Below are positions 40,477 to 49,112 of a DNA stretch of 64,000 nt, piece after piece. The notes beneath the pieces were generated by a model. It did not search any database. It was not told the DNA's origin and saw nothing but the letters and a program-made list of their open reading frames with translations. Position 1 is the first letter of the stretch, and each line of letters begins with the position of its first letter. Source of the stretch: Pelagimonas sp. (lineage in GTDB: Bacteria > Pseudomonadota > Alphaproteobacteria > Rhodobacterales > Rhodobacteraceae); contig JAGDYZ010000020.1 in the NCBI GenBank assembly GCA_049116335.1, positions 21,794 to 85,793 on the forward strand. The letters run 5' to 3'. Made by a program: the position numbers and the translations under genes.

Positions 40477-42518
40477 TGCCGGTGCCACGCGCACCAGATA
40501 CCATTGTGAACGCCGAGGGGATCTCTCCTCGGCGTCTTTATGTGTACAATGGCGGCTTTCTCACCAATCCACGCATCCGTCGTATTCTTGACCTGTCGGG
40601 TTATCAAATCGCACTGGGCAAACCCAAAGACGGCGATTTTGTTGGCATCTGGGGGCAATCCCCCACCTCTCACCGCGGTGAGAAAGTGGCGACACACACC
40701 AATGCCAAAATGGTGCGGGTCGAAGATGCGTTTCTGCGCTCGCTCCATCCCGGCCGCAGCGGTGATCCCCCCCTTGGGTTGATGATCGACCATGGTGGCA
40801 TTCATTTCGACCCCAGCACCCGGTCTGATCTGGAAACCCTGCTGCGCACCAACCCTTTGGACGACGGAGCCTTGCTCGCGCAGGCCCGCTCTGCGATCAC
40901 ACGGATGCAGGCCAACCATCTAAGCAAATACAGCGCCACACGGCTGGATCTTGCGCTGCCTAAGCCCGGCTACGTCCTGATCATCGACCAAACCGAAGGT
41001 GATGCCTCGGTCAAAGCCAGCCGCGCCGACCGCAGCCGGTTCCTTGAAATGCTGTTTGTCGCCCGAGAAGAACATCCCGGTGCCCGCTTTGTCATCAAAA
41101 CCCATCCGGAAACCAGCGCCGGGTTTCGCGGTGGGCACTTCCGGGACGAGGACACCGCAGAGAACATTGAAATCTGTGATGCGCCTGTTTCGCCCTGGCA
41201 GCTTCTGGAAGGGGCGACGGCGGTGTATACGGTCTCGTCGCAAATGGGGTTCGAAGCCATTCTGGCGGGGCATAAGCCCCGCGTCTTTGGGGGTCCGTTC
41301 TACGCAGGCTGGGGACTGACCGAAGACGAAGACGTCTTTCCCCATCGCAACCGCAAATTGACCCGCGCCCAGCTGTTTTGCGCCGCCATGATGCTGTTTC
41401 CGCATTGGTATGACCCGTATCATGATCGTCTTTGCACGTTAGAAGACCACCTTGCGGCCCTTGAGGCCCAAAGCCGGGCCTGGCGTGAGGACCACCAGGG
41501 TTGGGTCGCCTCTGGCATGCGCCTGTGGAAGCGGCGCCCATTGCAGCAAGTCTTCGGCTCTGTGCGATCGGTGGTCTATGAGGATGACTCTGAAAAAGCC
41601 CAACAGATCGCAGACCGGACCAAGGCGCGCCGGATGGTCTGGTCCAGCAAAGCAACCGAGGCAAATGTGGCTCGTGTCGAAGACGGATTTCTGCGTTCGC
41701 GCGGGTTGGGCGCCGAGCTGATCCCGCCCCTGTCGCTGGCGCTTGATGAGGTTGGTATCTACTACGACCCAACCGCGCCATCGCGCCTTGAACAGCTTAT
41801 CCACAATTCAACCGCATTGTCAGACGGACAAATCGAACGTGCGGAGAAGTTGATCTCGAGGCTAAACCAGAACAGCTTGTCGAAATACAACCTATCCGGA
41901 GAGTTACCCACACTCCCATCCGGTCACCGCATTCTTGTTCCCGGTCAGGTTGAAGATGACGCTTCGATCTTGAAAGGCTGCGGCGAGGTGCGCACCAATG
42001 CCGACCTGTTGCGTCTGGCCCGAGAAGCAAACCCCACATCGGTGGTGATTTGGAAACCCCACCCGGATGTGATTGCGGGCCTTCGTAACGGGCATGTCGA
42101 CACTCCAGACCGCTGGGCGGACATGACGCTAACCTCGGGGAACATCGGATCTATTCTAAACAATGTAGATGAAATCTGGACCCTGACGTCTTTGACAGGG
42201 TTCGAAGCCTTGCTGCGCGGGTGCCGCGTGACCACGTTGGGCGCCCCATTTTACGCCGGTTGGGGCCTTACCCGCGATTTGGGACAGGTGCCCGCGCGCC
42301 GTCTTGGTGGGCAACGCCCGACCCTAGCAGGACTGGCCCATGCCACATTGATCGACTATCCGCGCTATTTTGATCCGGTGACCGGGCTGGCCTGCCCGGT
42401 TGAAGTGATCGTGGACAGGCTGATCAACGACGCCATTCCCCAGCCCGGCCCCTTCAATCGCAGCCTGTCAAAACTGCAGGGTTTGTTGGCAAGTTACGCA
42501 CATCTCTGGCGACGTTAA
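40476..42518 (+). CDS. kpsC: capsular polysaccharide export/biosynthesis protein KpsC (two-module beta-Kdo transferase)
   Basis: Internal duplication is visible: VRVEDAFLRS near the N-terminus and VARVEDGFLRS mid-protein, plus FYAGWGLT twice. The start forms a TGATG overlap with the upstream stop. Confidence 0.85.
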   Translation: MPVPRAPDTIVNAEGISPRRLYVYNGGFLTNPRIRRILDLSGYQIALGKPKDGDFVGIWGQSPTSHRGEKVATHTNAKMVRVEDAFLRSLHPGRSGDPPLGLMIDHGGIHFDPSTRSDLETLLRTNPLDDGALLAQARSAITRMQANHLSKYSATRLDLALPKPGYVLIIDQTEGDASVKASRADRSRFLEMLFVAREEHPGARFVIKTHPETSAGFRGGHFRDEDTAENIEICDAPVSPWQLLEGATAVYTVSSQMGFEAILAGHKPRVFGGPFYAGWGLTEDEDVFPHRNRKLTRAQLFCAAMMLFPHWYDPYHDRLCTLEDHLAALEAQSRAWREDHQGWVASGMRLWKRRPLQQVFGSVRSVVYEDDSEKAQQIADRTKARRMVWSSKATEANVARVEDGFLRSRGLGAELIPPLSLALDEVGIYYDPTAPSRLEQLIHNSTALSDGQIERAEKLISRLNQNSLSKYNLSGELPTLPSGHRILVPGQVEDDASILKGCGEVRTNADLLRLAREANPTSVVIWKPHPDVIAGLRNGHVDTPDRWADMTLTSGNIGSILNNVDEIWTLTSLTGFEALLRGCRVTTLGAPFYAGWGLTRDLGQVPARRLGGQRPTLAGLAHATLIDYPRYFDPVTGLACPVEVIVDRLINDAIPQPGPFNRSLSKLQGLLASYAHLWRR

Positions 42519-42571
42519 TCTTTTGTTTACACTCTCGCGGATATCTCGCCGTGAGCGTTAACTTTTTCAAG

Positions 42572-42580
42572 TTATCCACA
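42572..42580 (+). promoter_or_regulatory. perfect DnaA-box 9-mer TTATCCACA (intergenic, between the kpsC and ribD 3' ends)
   Basis: Exact match read at 42572-42580. Confidence 0.35.
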
Positions 42581-42644
42581 GGCACAAATTTCCCTAAGGG
42601 AAACCCCGAGATTGAATTCTAACCTGTTTCAGGAAAACGCCTTT

Positions 42645-43748
42645 TCAGGCCTCGGCGCTGCGACGCCAAATATGGTGAATATCCCCATCTTCCACCGTGA
42701 CATCCACAAGCGTAAATCGTGGCGCTTCGCTGAGCCGTTCCACCCCCAAAGCCCCAAGCCCCGGATGACCTTCGGCCCCCAGTGCCACGCCTGCGTGGAA
42801 CACATGCAGCTCGTCAACAAGGTCCGCTGCGAGCAAGGAGGACGCCAGCTGACCGCCCCCTTCACAAAACACACGGGTCAATCCCGCTTTCCCCAGAGCC
42901 TGCATGACAGATGTCGGATCAAGGCGACCATTGGTCAACTGACATGAAAACAGCCGCGCGCCGATACTTTGCCAGGCATCGATCAATTCCGGTCTTGCTG
43001 AGCTGCCGTGACAGATCCACACCGGCACGTCTTTTGCGGTCTGCGCCAACTGGCTTAACAAAGGCACATCCAACATGCGCGACACCACAACCCGCACAGG
43101 CTGAGGTACCTCTCCAAACCCACGCACCGTAAGCGCAGGATCATCTGCCCGCGCCGTCCCGGCCCCGACCATCACCGCATCATGTGTGGCCCGCAATCCA
43201 TGCACCTTACGACGCGCACCGGGGCCGGTGATCCACTTACTTTCACCAGTGGCCGTAGCAATGCGCCCATCTAGACTCAGCGCCAATTTTAACGTCACCC
43301 AGGGTCGCCCCTGCTCAACCTTAAGGAAAAAGCCCGCATGATCGCGCAGCGCCTCTTCGGCTATGACGCCGGTGGTCACCTCGATGCCCGCATCGCGCAG
43401 AATATCAAAGCCCTGTCCTGACACGCGCGGATCGCTGTCCGACACTGCGGCCACAACACGCGCGACACCGGCTTTGACCAGTGCCTCGGCACAGGGCGGG
43501 GTCTTTCCATAGTGCGAACAGGGTTCAAGCGTCACATAGGCCGTCGCACCACGCGCCGCATCACCGGCCTGCGTCAGGGCCACAACCTCGGCATGCGGCC
43601 GTCCGCCTGGTTGGGTCCAGCCCCGGCCAACTACAACACCATCTTTGACAAGAACGCAGCCCACCGCAGGGTTGGGCCAGCAATTGCCCATCCCACGACG
43701 ACCCAGGCCCAAGGCATGGGTCATGTGACGTGTATCGTCTACGGTCAC
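42645..43748 (-). CDS. ribD: bifunctional diaminohydroxyphosphoribosylaminopyrimidine deaminase / 5-amino-6-(5-phosphoribosylamino)uracil reductase
   Basis: Deaminase zinc motif HAEV...[11 protein letters not shown] followed by a reductase domain. Overlaps the nrdR stop (ATGA-type coupling). Confidence 0.95.
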   Translation of the reverse strand: MTVDDTRHMTHALGLGRRGMGNCWPNPAVGCVLVKDGVVVGRGWTQPGGRPHAEVVALTQAGDAARGATAYVTLEPCSHYGKTPPCAEALVKAGVARVVAAVSDSDPRVSGQGFDILRDAGIEVTTGVIAEEALRDHAGFFLKVEQGRPWVTLKLALSLDGRIATATGESKWITGPGARRKVHGLRATHDAVMVGAGTARADDPALTVRGFGEVPQPVRVVVSRMLDVPLLSQLAQTAKDVPVWICHGSSARPELIDAWQSIGARLFSCQLTNGRLDPTSVMQALGKAGLTRVFCEGGGQLASSLLAADLVDELHVFHAGVALGAEGHPGLGALGVERLSEAPRFTLVDVTVEDGDIHHIWRRSAEA

Positions 43749-44212
43749 GTTTCTTGCGGCCCCTCAGGTCGCAACTCGCTGACGAACTTATCGAAATCAT
43801 CAGCCGCCTGGAAATTCTTATAGACGCTGGCAAAGCGCACATAGGCCACGGTATCGATCCGCGCCAAGGTTTCCATGACGATCTCACCGATCATCTTCGA
43901 CGGAATATCCGTCTCACCCATGCTCTCGAGACGACGCACAATGCCTGAAATCATCTGATCCACACGATCCGGTTCGATCGGGCGTTTCTGCATGGCGATA
44001 CGGATCGAGCGTTCAAGCTTGTCTCGATCAAAATCCTCGCGGCGCCCATTGGTCTTGATCACAACAAGATCCCGAAGCTGAACACGCTCATAAGTGGTAA
44101 AGCGACCGCCACAGGACGGACAGAACCGACGTCGACGGATCGAAACGTGATCTTCTGCCGGACGCGAATCTTTAACTTGGGTATCAATATTCCCACAAAA
44201 CGGGCAGCGCAT
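43745..44212 (-). CDS. nrdR: transcriptional repressor NrdR
   Basis: MRCPFCG...[12 protein letters not shown] zinc ribbon plus ATP-cone; 155 aa. Confidence 0.97.
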   Translation of the reverse strand: MRCPFCGNIDTQVKDSRPAEDHVSIRRRRFCPSCGGRFTTYERVQLRDLVVIKTNGRREDFDRDKLERSIRIAMQKRPIEPDRVDQMISGIVRRLESMGETDIPSKMIGEIVMETLARIDTVAYVRFASVYKNFQAADDFDKFVSELRPEGPQET

Positions 44213-44270
44213 GGGCCCTCCCCCTCATTCTTTGTCTCTATGTCAGCCCTGAAATGGGGCCACGCCCCAC

Positions 44271-44279
44271 TTATCCACA
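44271..44279 (+). promoter_or_regulatory. perfect DnaA-box 9-mer TTATCCACA 59 nt upstream of nrdR
   Basis: Exact match read at 44271-44279, adjacent to the small hairpin GGGGC-CAC-GCCCC (44257-44269). Confidence 0.4.
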
Positions 44280-44356
44280 GCCACTATAGGGGAGCCTCCA
44301 TAATTTGGGTAGAGGGGAAATGACGCCGCAACATCATGGGTCACGGCGCCTCGATT

Positions 44357-45937
44357 TCACCCCGGAATATGCCAGTGCCGACCACGGACAGTCTCAACAT
44401 ATTCTGGCCATGGCAGGTCAATCGGGGCGGGGTAATCGGCCAAAGGCGGAATGTTTTCCTCTGCTTTTCGCGCCTCAAACTCGGCCCATGCAGTGTCACG
44501 CGCCTCAGGATCTGTCAGCAAACGCAAGGCGGTGCGGCTCAGAACCCGACCAGCAGCCAAAACGGTTGGATCAATCAGAGGTGGCATGCCCCCCAATGCA
44601 TTCATGGCCCAGGACGGGTAAGGCCCACCACGCAGCGCAGGCCGTGCAATGTACAGTCGCGAACAGGGCGCGTGCCAGCTCATGTCGGTATAGTCATCCG
44701 AGGTGCTATTGCGTTGCGAGGGCGGCAGATCCCGGCGCAGGATCTCTTCCGCCTCTTGCGGTGCAATCAACTGATCACATTCCGGGATCAGCGGTTGGGC
44801 ATCGGGGTCCTGACCACAGGCCCGCTGGACCTCACGCGCAAGCTCCAGCGCCTCTTCCGTCCATTCGGGTGCCCCAACCTCTTGCAAGGCATCATAGGTC
44901 ACCTGTGCCAGGGCGTGATTGGCCAGACCCGGCCGTGATTTGCACACCCAATGCTTTTCGACACGACAGCCCGCCAGTTGCGCCGCCGCCTCAGCCACGC
45001 GATCCAATTGCGCGGTCAGCTGTTCGGCCATCGCCAGATCCGGCACCCGCATCATATATTGAATGTCCGCGCGCAATGCGGGCAGGTTATCCGCCGTGGC
45101 CTGCCCGGTGGCCAGAATGCTTTCTGACAGTGACCAGCCGCCGCGATGGGGCAACATGGAATCCCGCAAGGCCCGGGCATTTTGATACATCAGCATCAAG
45201 GCGTCATTGGCTCCCGGCGCGCGGATATCACTGTGCGACTGCGGGATCGGGGCACCATCTTTGGCACCCCATGTCTCGGGCGTGTCGCAGATAAATCGGT
45301 AAACAAAGGAATAGGCCGCGCCGCAATGCGTGTCCCAACGCACGGTATTGCAAAGCGGAAGCATATAAAACGGGTGGAACGACAACATAGCCGCTAAGCC
45401 GTCATAATACCCCGCCGCCGCATGCAGAGGTTTGGATCCGCGCACCTTTTCCGCGGGCTCACCGGTCAGTTGCAACCCACCGGGGATGTTGTGCTTTTCC
45501 ATCGCCGCCTTGGTCGCAAGAAGGCCGGTCAAGGACCCCATACCGAGGGCGGAATGCGGATCGGTGTGGCCCGCCACCACATAGCCCAGACCATCGCGCG
45601 GCGCTCGTTCGGGCTTTGCTGCCTGACAATTGCCCGGCACCGCATCATATTCGGAATACATCCCAATGACCGGCCCATCCCCGTTCGACCATCGGGCGCA
45701 AAAGGCCGTGGGCATGCCTGCGCTGCCCTCTTCCACCTCAAAGCCTTCGGCGCGCAGCCGTTCGACGTACCACGCCGCCGAGCGGTACTCGCGCCATGCC
45801 GGCTCCGCAAAGTCAAAAATCTGTGCCGTCCAGTCGGAGATGTCTGAGGCCCGCGCAGCGATCAACGCATCTGCGGTCTCGACCGCCCCGTCACATACCG
45901 TCTTGGCTGACGAGGTTTTGGATGTAGTCTGGTGCAA
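44357..45937 (-). CDS. M20-family amidohydrolase (AbgB/aminobenzoyl-glutamate-utilisation-B-like)
   Basis: 526 aa. YSEYDAVPG and HTDPHSALG-type metal-binding segments typical of M20D/AbgB-like enzymes. The N-terminal ~15 codons overlap the upstream gene, so the true start is uncertain. Confidence 0.65.
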   Translation of the reverse strand: MHQTTSKTSSAKTVCDGAVETADALIAARASDISDWTAQIFDFAEPAWREYRSAAWYVERLRAEGFEVEEGSAGMPTAFCARWSNGDGPVIGMYSEYDAVPGNCQAAKPERAPRDGLGYVVAGHTDPHSALGMGSLTGLLATKAAMEKHNIPGGLQLTGEPAEKVRGSKPLHAAAGYYDGLAAMLSFHPFYMLPLCNTVRWDTHCGAAYSFVYRFICDTPETWGAKDGAPIPQSHSDIRAPGANDALMLMYQNARALRDSMLPHRGGWSLSESILATGQATADNLPALRADIQYMMRVPDLAMAEQLTAQLDRVAEAAAQLAGCRVEKHWVCKSRPGLANHALAQVTYDALQEVGAPEWTEEALELAREVQRACGQDPDAQPLIPECDQLIAPQEAEEILRRDLPPSQRNSTSDDYTDMSWHAPCSRLYIARPALRGGPYPSWAMNALGGMPPLIDPTVLAAGRVLSRTALRLLTDPEARDTAWAEFEARKAEENIPPLADYPAPIDLPWPEYVETVRGRHWHIPG

Positions 45938-46661
45938 CGTGATCTCCCGATGTCAGCGCCGCCTCACGCTCGGTCATCCAGGTCACGATGCGATCAAGCG
46001 ACGGGTCTTCTCTCTTGATCCATTCCAGACACCATTCCAGCTCTTTCACAAGTCTTTCTTGTGGCACATCCTCAAGATTTCGTTCGGTTTCTTCCCAACG
46101 GGGGCCACCAAGGTACACCGCCGCGAACATAATTTTCGCTTTCTGAGGCGAGGTCCCGTTGACCAAAAGCGCTTCGTAAAACATCCGATGCACATCTTCC
46201 CATGGACGGGTTTGCCACGTGGTCAGATGTGTATTGCCAACACCGCAATAGGCATCGTGAAGCGCGGCCGCGATCACATATTCCCGGCTCTGCCGATCGC
46301 CGACAAAGGGCGCCAGGAAAAGCGGGATCGAGGCACCGTCGGTCAATGTCTGGGGCGGCGCCGTCCAGGTCTGTCCCGCGGCATCTACAAAATCGATCTT
46401 TTGCTTGGTCGGAAAGAACGCTTGTTCAAAGTTTTCCATGTAGACGGCGTTGCCATCCATTTCTAATGGACCGCCTACAAAGAAGCACCGCGTGTCTCGG
46501 GTCTCAACCTCAAGACAGCTGTGCGTTACATCTTCGGTTGAGCGTGCCAGATACTCAGGCACGGCAAACACAGCCGCACCACCCCCCAGTAGAGCGGCGG
46601 CTAAAAAGAACTTCGGAGAATGACGCGCCACAAAGCCAGTCATAGGAACTCTCTGGATCAA
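45891..46661 (-). CDS. DUF1353-like domain protein with N-terminal TM/signal anchor
   Basis: TDGASIP...AALHDAYC core resembles DUF1353. Hydrophobic N-terminus FFLAAALLGGGAAVFAV. Confidence 0.5.
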   Translation of the reverse strand: MIQRVPMTGFVARHSPKFFLAAALLGGGAAVFAVPEYLARSTEDVTHSCLEVETRDTRCFFVGGPLEMDGNAVYMENFEQAFFPTKQKIDFVDAAGQTWTAPPQTLTDGASIPLFLAPFVGDRQSREYVIAAALHDAYCGVGNTHLTTWQTRPWEDVHRMFYEALLVNGTSPQKAKIMFAAVYLGGPRWEETERNLEDVPQERLVKELEWCLEWIKREDPSLDRIVTWMTEREAALTSGDHVAPDYIQNLVSQDGM

Positions 46662-46754
46662 ATGGTTACTCGGGTTGCGCCGTCAGTTTAACACTTTTGA
46701 CCCCCAAGGCCCTAGTGCGGAATCCCCGACCTGCGCTGTAAATATGTGACGAAA

Positions 46755-47162
46755 TCAGGCCAGATGCGCAACCACCTCACGGGTGTGGGGCGCATCGCGA
46801 TGTTCAAAAAGGTAAATTCCCTGCCAGGTGCCAAGAGCAAGCTTGCCCTGCGTGACGGGAATGCTCAGCGATACTGGCATCATGGCCGCTTTGATATGCG
46901 CGGGCATATCATCCGGCCCCTCATAGGTATGGCGCAGATAGGCCATGGCCGGGTGATCGGATCGGGGCACCAGCCGGTCAAAAAAGGCCCGCAGATCGGT
47001 TTTGACCTCGGGATCGGCATTTTCCTGAATGAGCAGAGAACACGAGGTGTGGCGCACAAAGAGGGTCAGCAGCCCGTCGCCCTCAACCCACTGGGCAGCC
47101 TCTTGCGTAAACTCGTAAAGCCCCGCGCCTCGGGTAGAAATCTGAAACCGTGACTGCCGCAT
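46755..47162 (-). CDS. yjbQ: YjbQ/UPF0047 family protein (secondary thiamine-phosphate synthase)
   Basis: HTSCSLLIQENADP...GPDDMPAHIK...G.WQGIYL.EHR motifs; 135 aa. Confidence 0.88.
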   Translation of the reverse strand: MRQSRFQISTRGAGLYEFTQEAAQWVEGDGLLTLFVRHTSCSLLIQENADPEVKTDLRAFFDRLVPRSDHPAMAYLRHTYEGPDDMPAHIKAAMMPVSLSIPVTQGKLALGTWQGIYLFEHRDAPHTREVVAHLA

Positions 47163-47212
47163 CTCTGCCTCCCTTTGGATGGCAGAGCTCTATCACGGTT
47201 TCAGACCCTGTC

Positions 47213-47398
47213 TTAGTTTTTGGTCGGCCCTGCCTGAATTTTGGCGGTCTCCGCCTCAACAAGCAGGCGCGGCGCATCCAGCGCCATATCGACAAGGCTC
47301 TGGCCCTGCAGCTGCTCGGTCGTCAGGTCAGGCCCGGTGTGGGCCATGGCGAAAGCAGGTGTCAGAGCGAGAACAGCGATGATCAAGTAACGTGTCAT
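47213..47398 (-). CDS. small secreted hypothetical protein (61 aa)
   Basis: Signal peptide MTRYLIIAVLALTPAFAMA after AGGAGC. The ORF-track start at 47449 adds a non-signal leader. Confidence 0.45.
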   Translation of the reverse strand: MTRYLIIAVLALTPAFAMAHTGPDLTTEQLQGQSLVDMALDAPRLLVEAETAKIQAGPTKN

Positions 47399-47477
47399 AG
47401 AAGTGCTCCTTTCACAGAAGCACATCGTCATTCTTGTCCCGACAAACAATCTTCACAAACGCATACCGGCTGTGCGT

Positions 47478-47915
47478 TCAAGTTGTCGTGTAACCATCCG
47501 GGAGGAATCGAGTCCGCAGATCGTCATCGGGGACCATACAGGTGTCATGACGACCAAATAGCCGATAACGATTGCGGGCAATCACCCGGTACACCGGATT
47601 TTTGAGCAGCCCTGGCACAAAGCGGATCAAGGCCAGCACCGACCACCGCCCACCCAACTGCCGCATCACGGCGGCAAAGGCATTGGCCTCAGTGAACACC
47701 TGCCCGTCCACAATCACCAAATTGGTCTCAAACTCGGTCGTCGACAACCCCATCGAGCGATAAAGCGCGGCCCCAGCTTTGGACTGCGCAATGACAAACC
47801 GGAACCGGGCCTGTGTGTCATGGCGCAGGATGAACTGGAAAAACGCCGAACACAGCACACAGTCGCCATCAAAGACAAAGATTGGGTGCGATGCGTCGGG
47901 GGGCGTCATGATCAT
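47478..47915 (-). CDS. thiol-disulfide oxidoreductase DCC family protein (DUF393)
   Basis: FDGDCVLCS motif near the N-terminus; 145 aa. Confidence 0.85.
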   Translation of the reverse strand: MIMTPPDASHPIFVFDGDCVLCSAFFQFILRHDTQARFRFVIAQSKAGAALYRSMGLSTTEFETNLVIVDGQVFTEANAFAAVMRQLGGRWSVLALIRFVPGLLKNPVYRVIARNRYRLFGRHDTCMVPDDDLRTRFLPDGYTTT

Positions 47916-47929
47916 GGTCCTAACGGGCG

Positions 47930-48541
47930 TTAGCGCTCGGGATAGATATCGGTCTCTTGATCGAACAAGACAACCTCATCCACTGCAAATACCAGACAGC
48001 GCGCACGATACCCATCGTTTCTCTCGCAGCGGCCCAGCGCGGCTTTGATGGCATCTTCTGCGCTCTCCTTGCCCGCAGCATAGGCCCACGCGCCGTTCCG
48101 CGCCAATGCCACGGCCTTGTGCCCCTCAGCTAAGGTAAACAGGTCGATAATTCTGTGGGCCGCCGCCTCACGAATAAAAGGGACATCGCCAAATTGGCGG
48201 ATTGCCTCATAATCCATCCGTGGTTCCACCTGAGGGTTTTGGACCCAAACGCCCGCTTCAACCACGGTTTGACAAGGTGTACCTGAGTTGTGCTCACATT
48301 TCTGCAACGCCCCACGCCGCAGCCCTTCTGGGTCCCATGTCGCATAGCATTGTACGGACCAGAACCCGGTTTGAGACACTGCCAAGGTGTAGCTGTCTTT
48401 ACAGCCCCCTGAATCATAGTGTCGCTGTATCGCGGCTTTTGCCCGCCCCGAAACGTAAGGTGTTTGGTCAAAATCCAGCGACACCGCCTGCCCCGCAGAG
48501 GCTAAAACCAAAAATGATGCGAAAATATGCTTAATCAACAC
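47930..48541 (-). CDS. secreted hypothetical protein with two DUF4189-like Cys-containing repeats
   Basis: Signal-like VLIKHIFASFLVLASAGQA. GTG at 48541 lies 7 nt after GAGGA, whereas the ATG at 48562 has no RBS. Repeats ALQKCE..G.PC and ALGRCE....RC. Confidence 0.5.
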   Translation of the reverse strand: MLIKHIFASFLVLASAGQAVSLDFDQTPYVSGRAKAAIQRHYDSGGCKDSYTLAVSQTGFWSVQCYATWDPEGLRRGALQKCEHNSGTPCQTVVEAGVWVQNPQVEPRMDYEAIRQFGDVPFIREAAAHRIIDLFTLAEGHKAVALARNGAWAYAAGKESAEDAIKAALGRCERNDGYRARCLVFAVDEVVLFDQETDIYPER

Positions 48542-48653
48542 AAAAGAATCCTCAAAATACATGAGGCGGAGATCAGCACACCAATAGGGCGAAACTTCGG
48601 CAACCGGGACCTGAAAAGCAGTCTTTCTTTTGAGCAGGCCTTCGACCAGACCT

Positions 48654-48935
48654 CTAGAAAATCGTATCGCCCTGTTGATCGATCACCTGTTTGGCTTTGT
48701 GAATGGCTGCCTCCACGGCCTGATCGCGGTCGCGGATCATATCCGCACGGATCAGAAGATGGGTCTTGGTCTCGCCATCGATCTCTTTTTCGATCCGCGC
48801 CGACAGACGGTATTGCCCATCCGCAGGCATGGGATCTGGGATGATCTGATACCCGTTGTATTCAAGAGTTTCCGTCTCAGCGGCCTTGGGCTCAGCCCCA
48901 TCAGCACCACCAAAGAGTTTCGAAAGCCAACCCAC
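48654..48935 (-). CDS. small conserved protein, commonly annotated as HlyU-family in alphaproteobacteria (function unverified)
   Basis: 93 aa, MGWLSKLFGG N-terminus and QQGDTIF C-terminus. Called from memory of annotation names only. Confidence 0.45.
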   Translation of the reverse strand: MGWLSKLFGGADGAEPKAAETETLEYNGYQIIPDPMPADGQYRLSARIEKEIDGETKTHLLIRADMIRDRDQAVEAAIHKAKQVIDQQGDTIF

Positions 48936-49081
48936 AGATCAGATCCTTTTGTTACGTCACCCTTTGTTGGCCTGCGAGACACAGAAAGGCAAGTGATTGA
49001 GAGGCTGGCCAAACGTGTCACCGCTTCAACGAGCGCGCTGACCTCTGTCAAAGCAATGTCACACGTCAGATACCCAAAACG

Positions 49082-49109
49082 AAAAACGCCCCCTTGCGGG
49101 GGCGTTTTT
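49082..49109 (-). terminator. intrinsic terminator after rpoD (symmetric A/T-flanked hairpin)
   Basis: AAAAACGCCCCC-TTGC-GGGGGCGTTTTT, 3 nt beyond the rpoD stop. Confidence 0.9.
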
Positions 49110-49112
49110 GAA

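Noticed and set aside
42589-42603. Palindrome TTTCCCT-A-AGGGAAA between the kpsC and ribD 3' ends.
   Set aside because: It is too short, with an essentially loopless stem, to call a terminator. It has no flanking T-run and no associated regulator, so it is noted only.
41797-44279. Possibility that the DnaA-box cluster marks the chromosomal replication origin.
   Set aside because: There is no extended AT-rich unwinding region, the boxes are spread over 2.5 kb of mostly coding DNA, and the usual origin-neighbour genes (dnaA, dnaN, parAB, hemE) are absent. A regulatory or titration role is the most I can propose.
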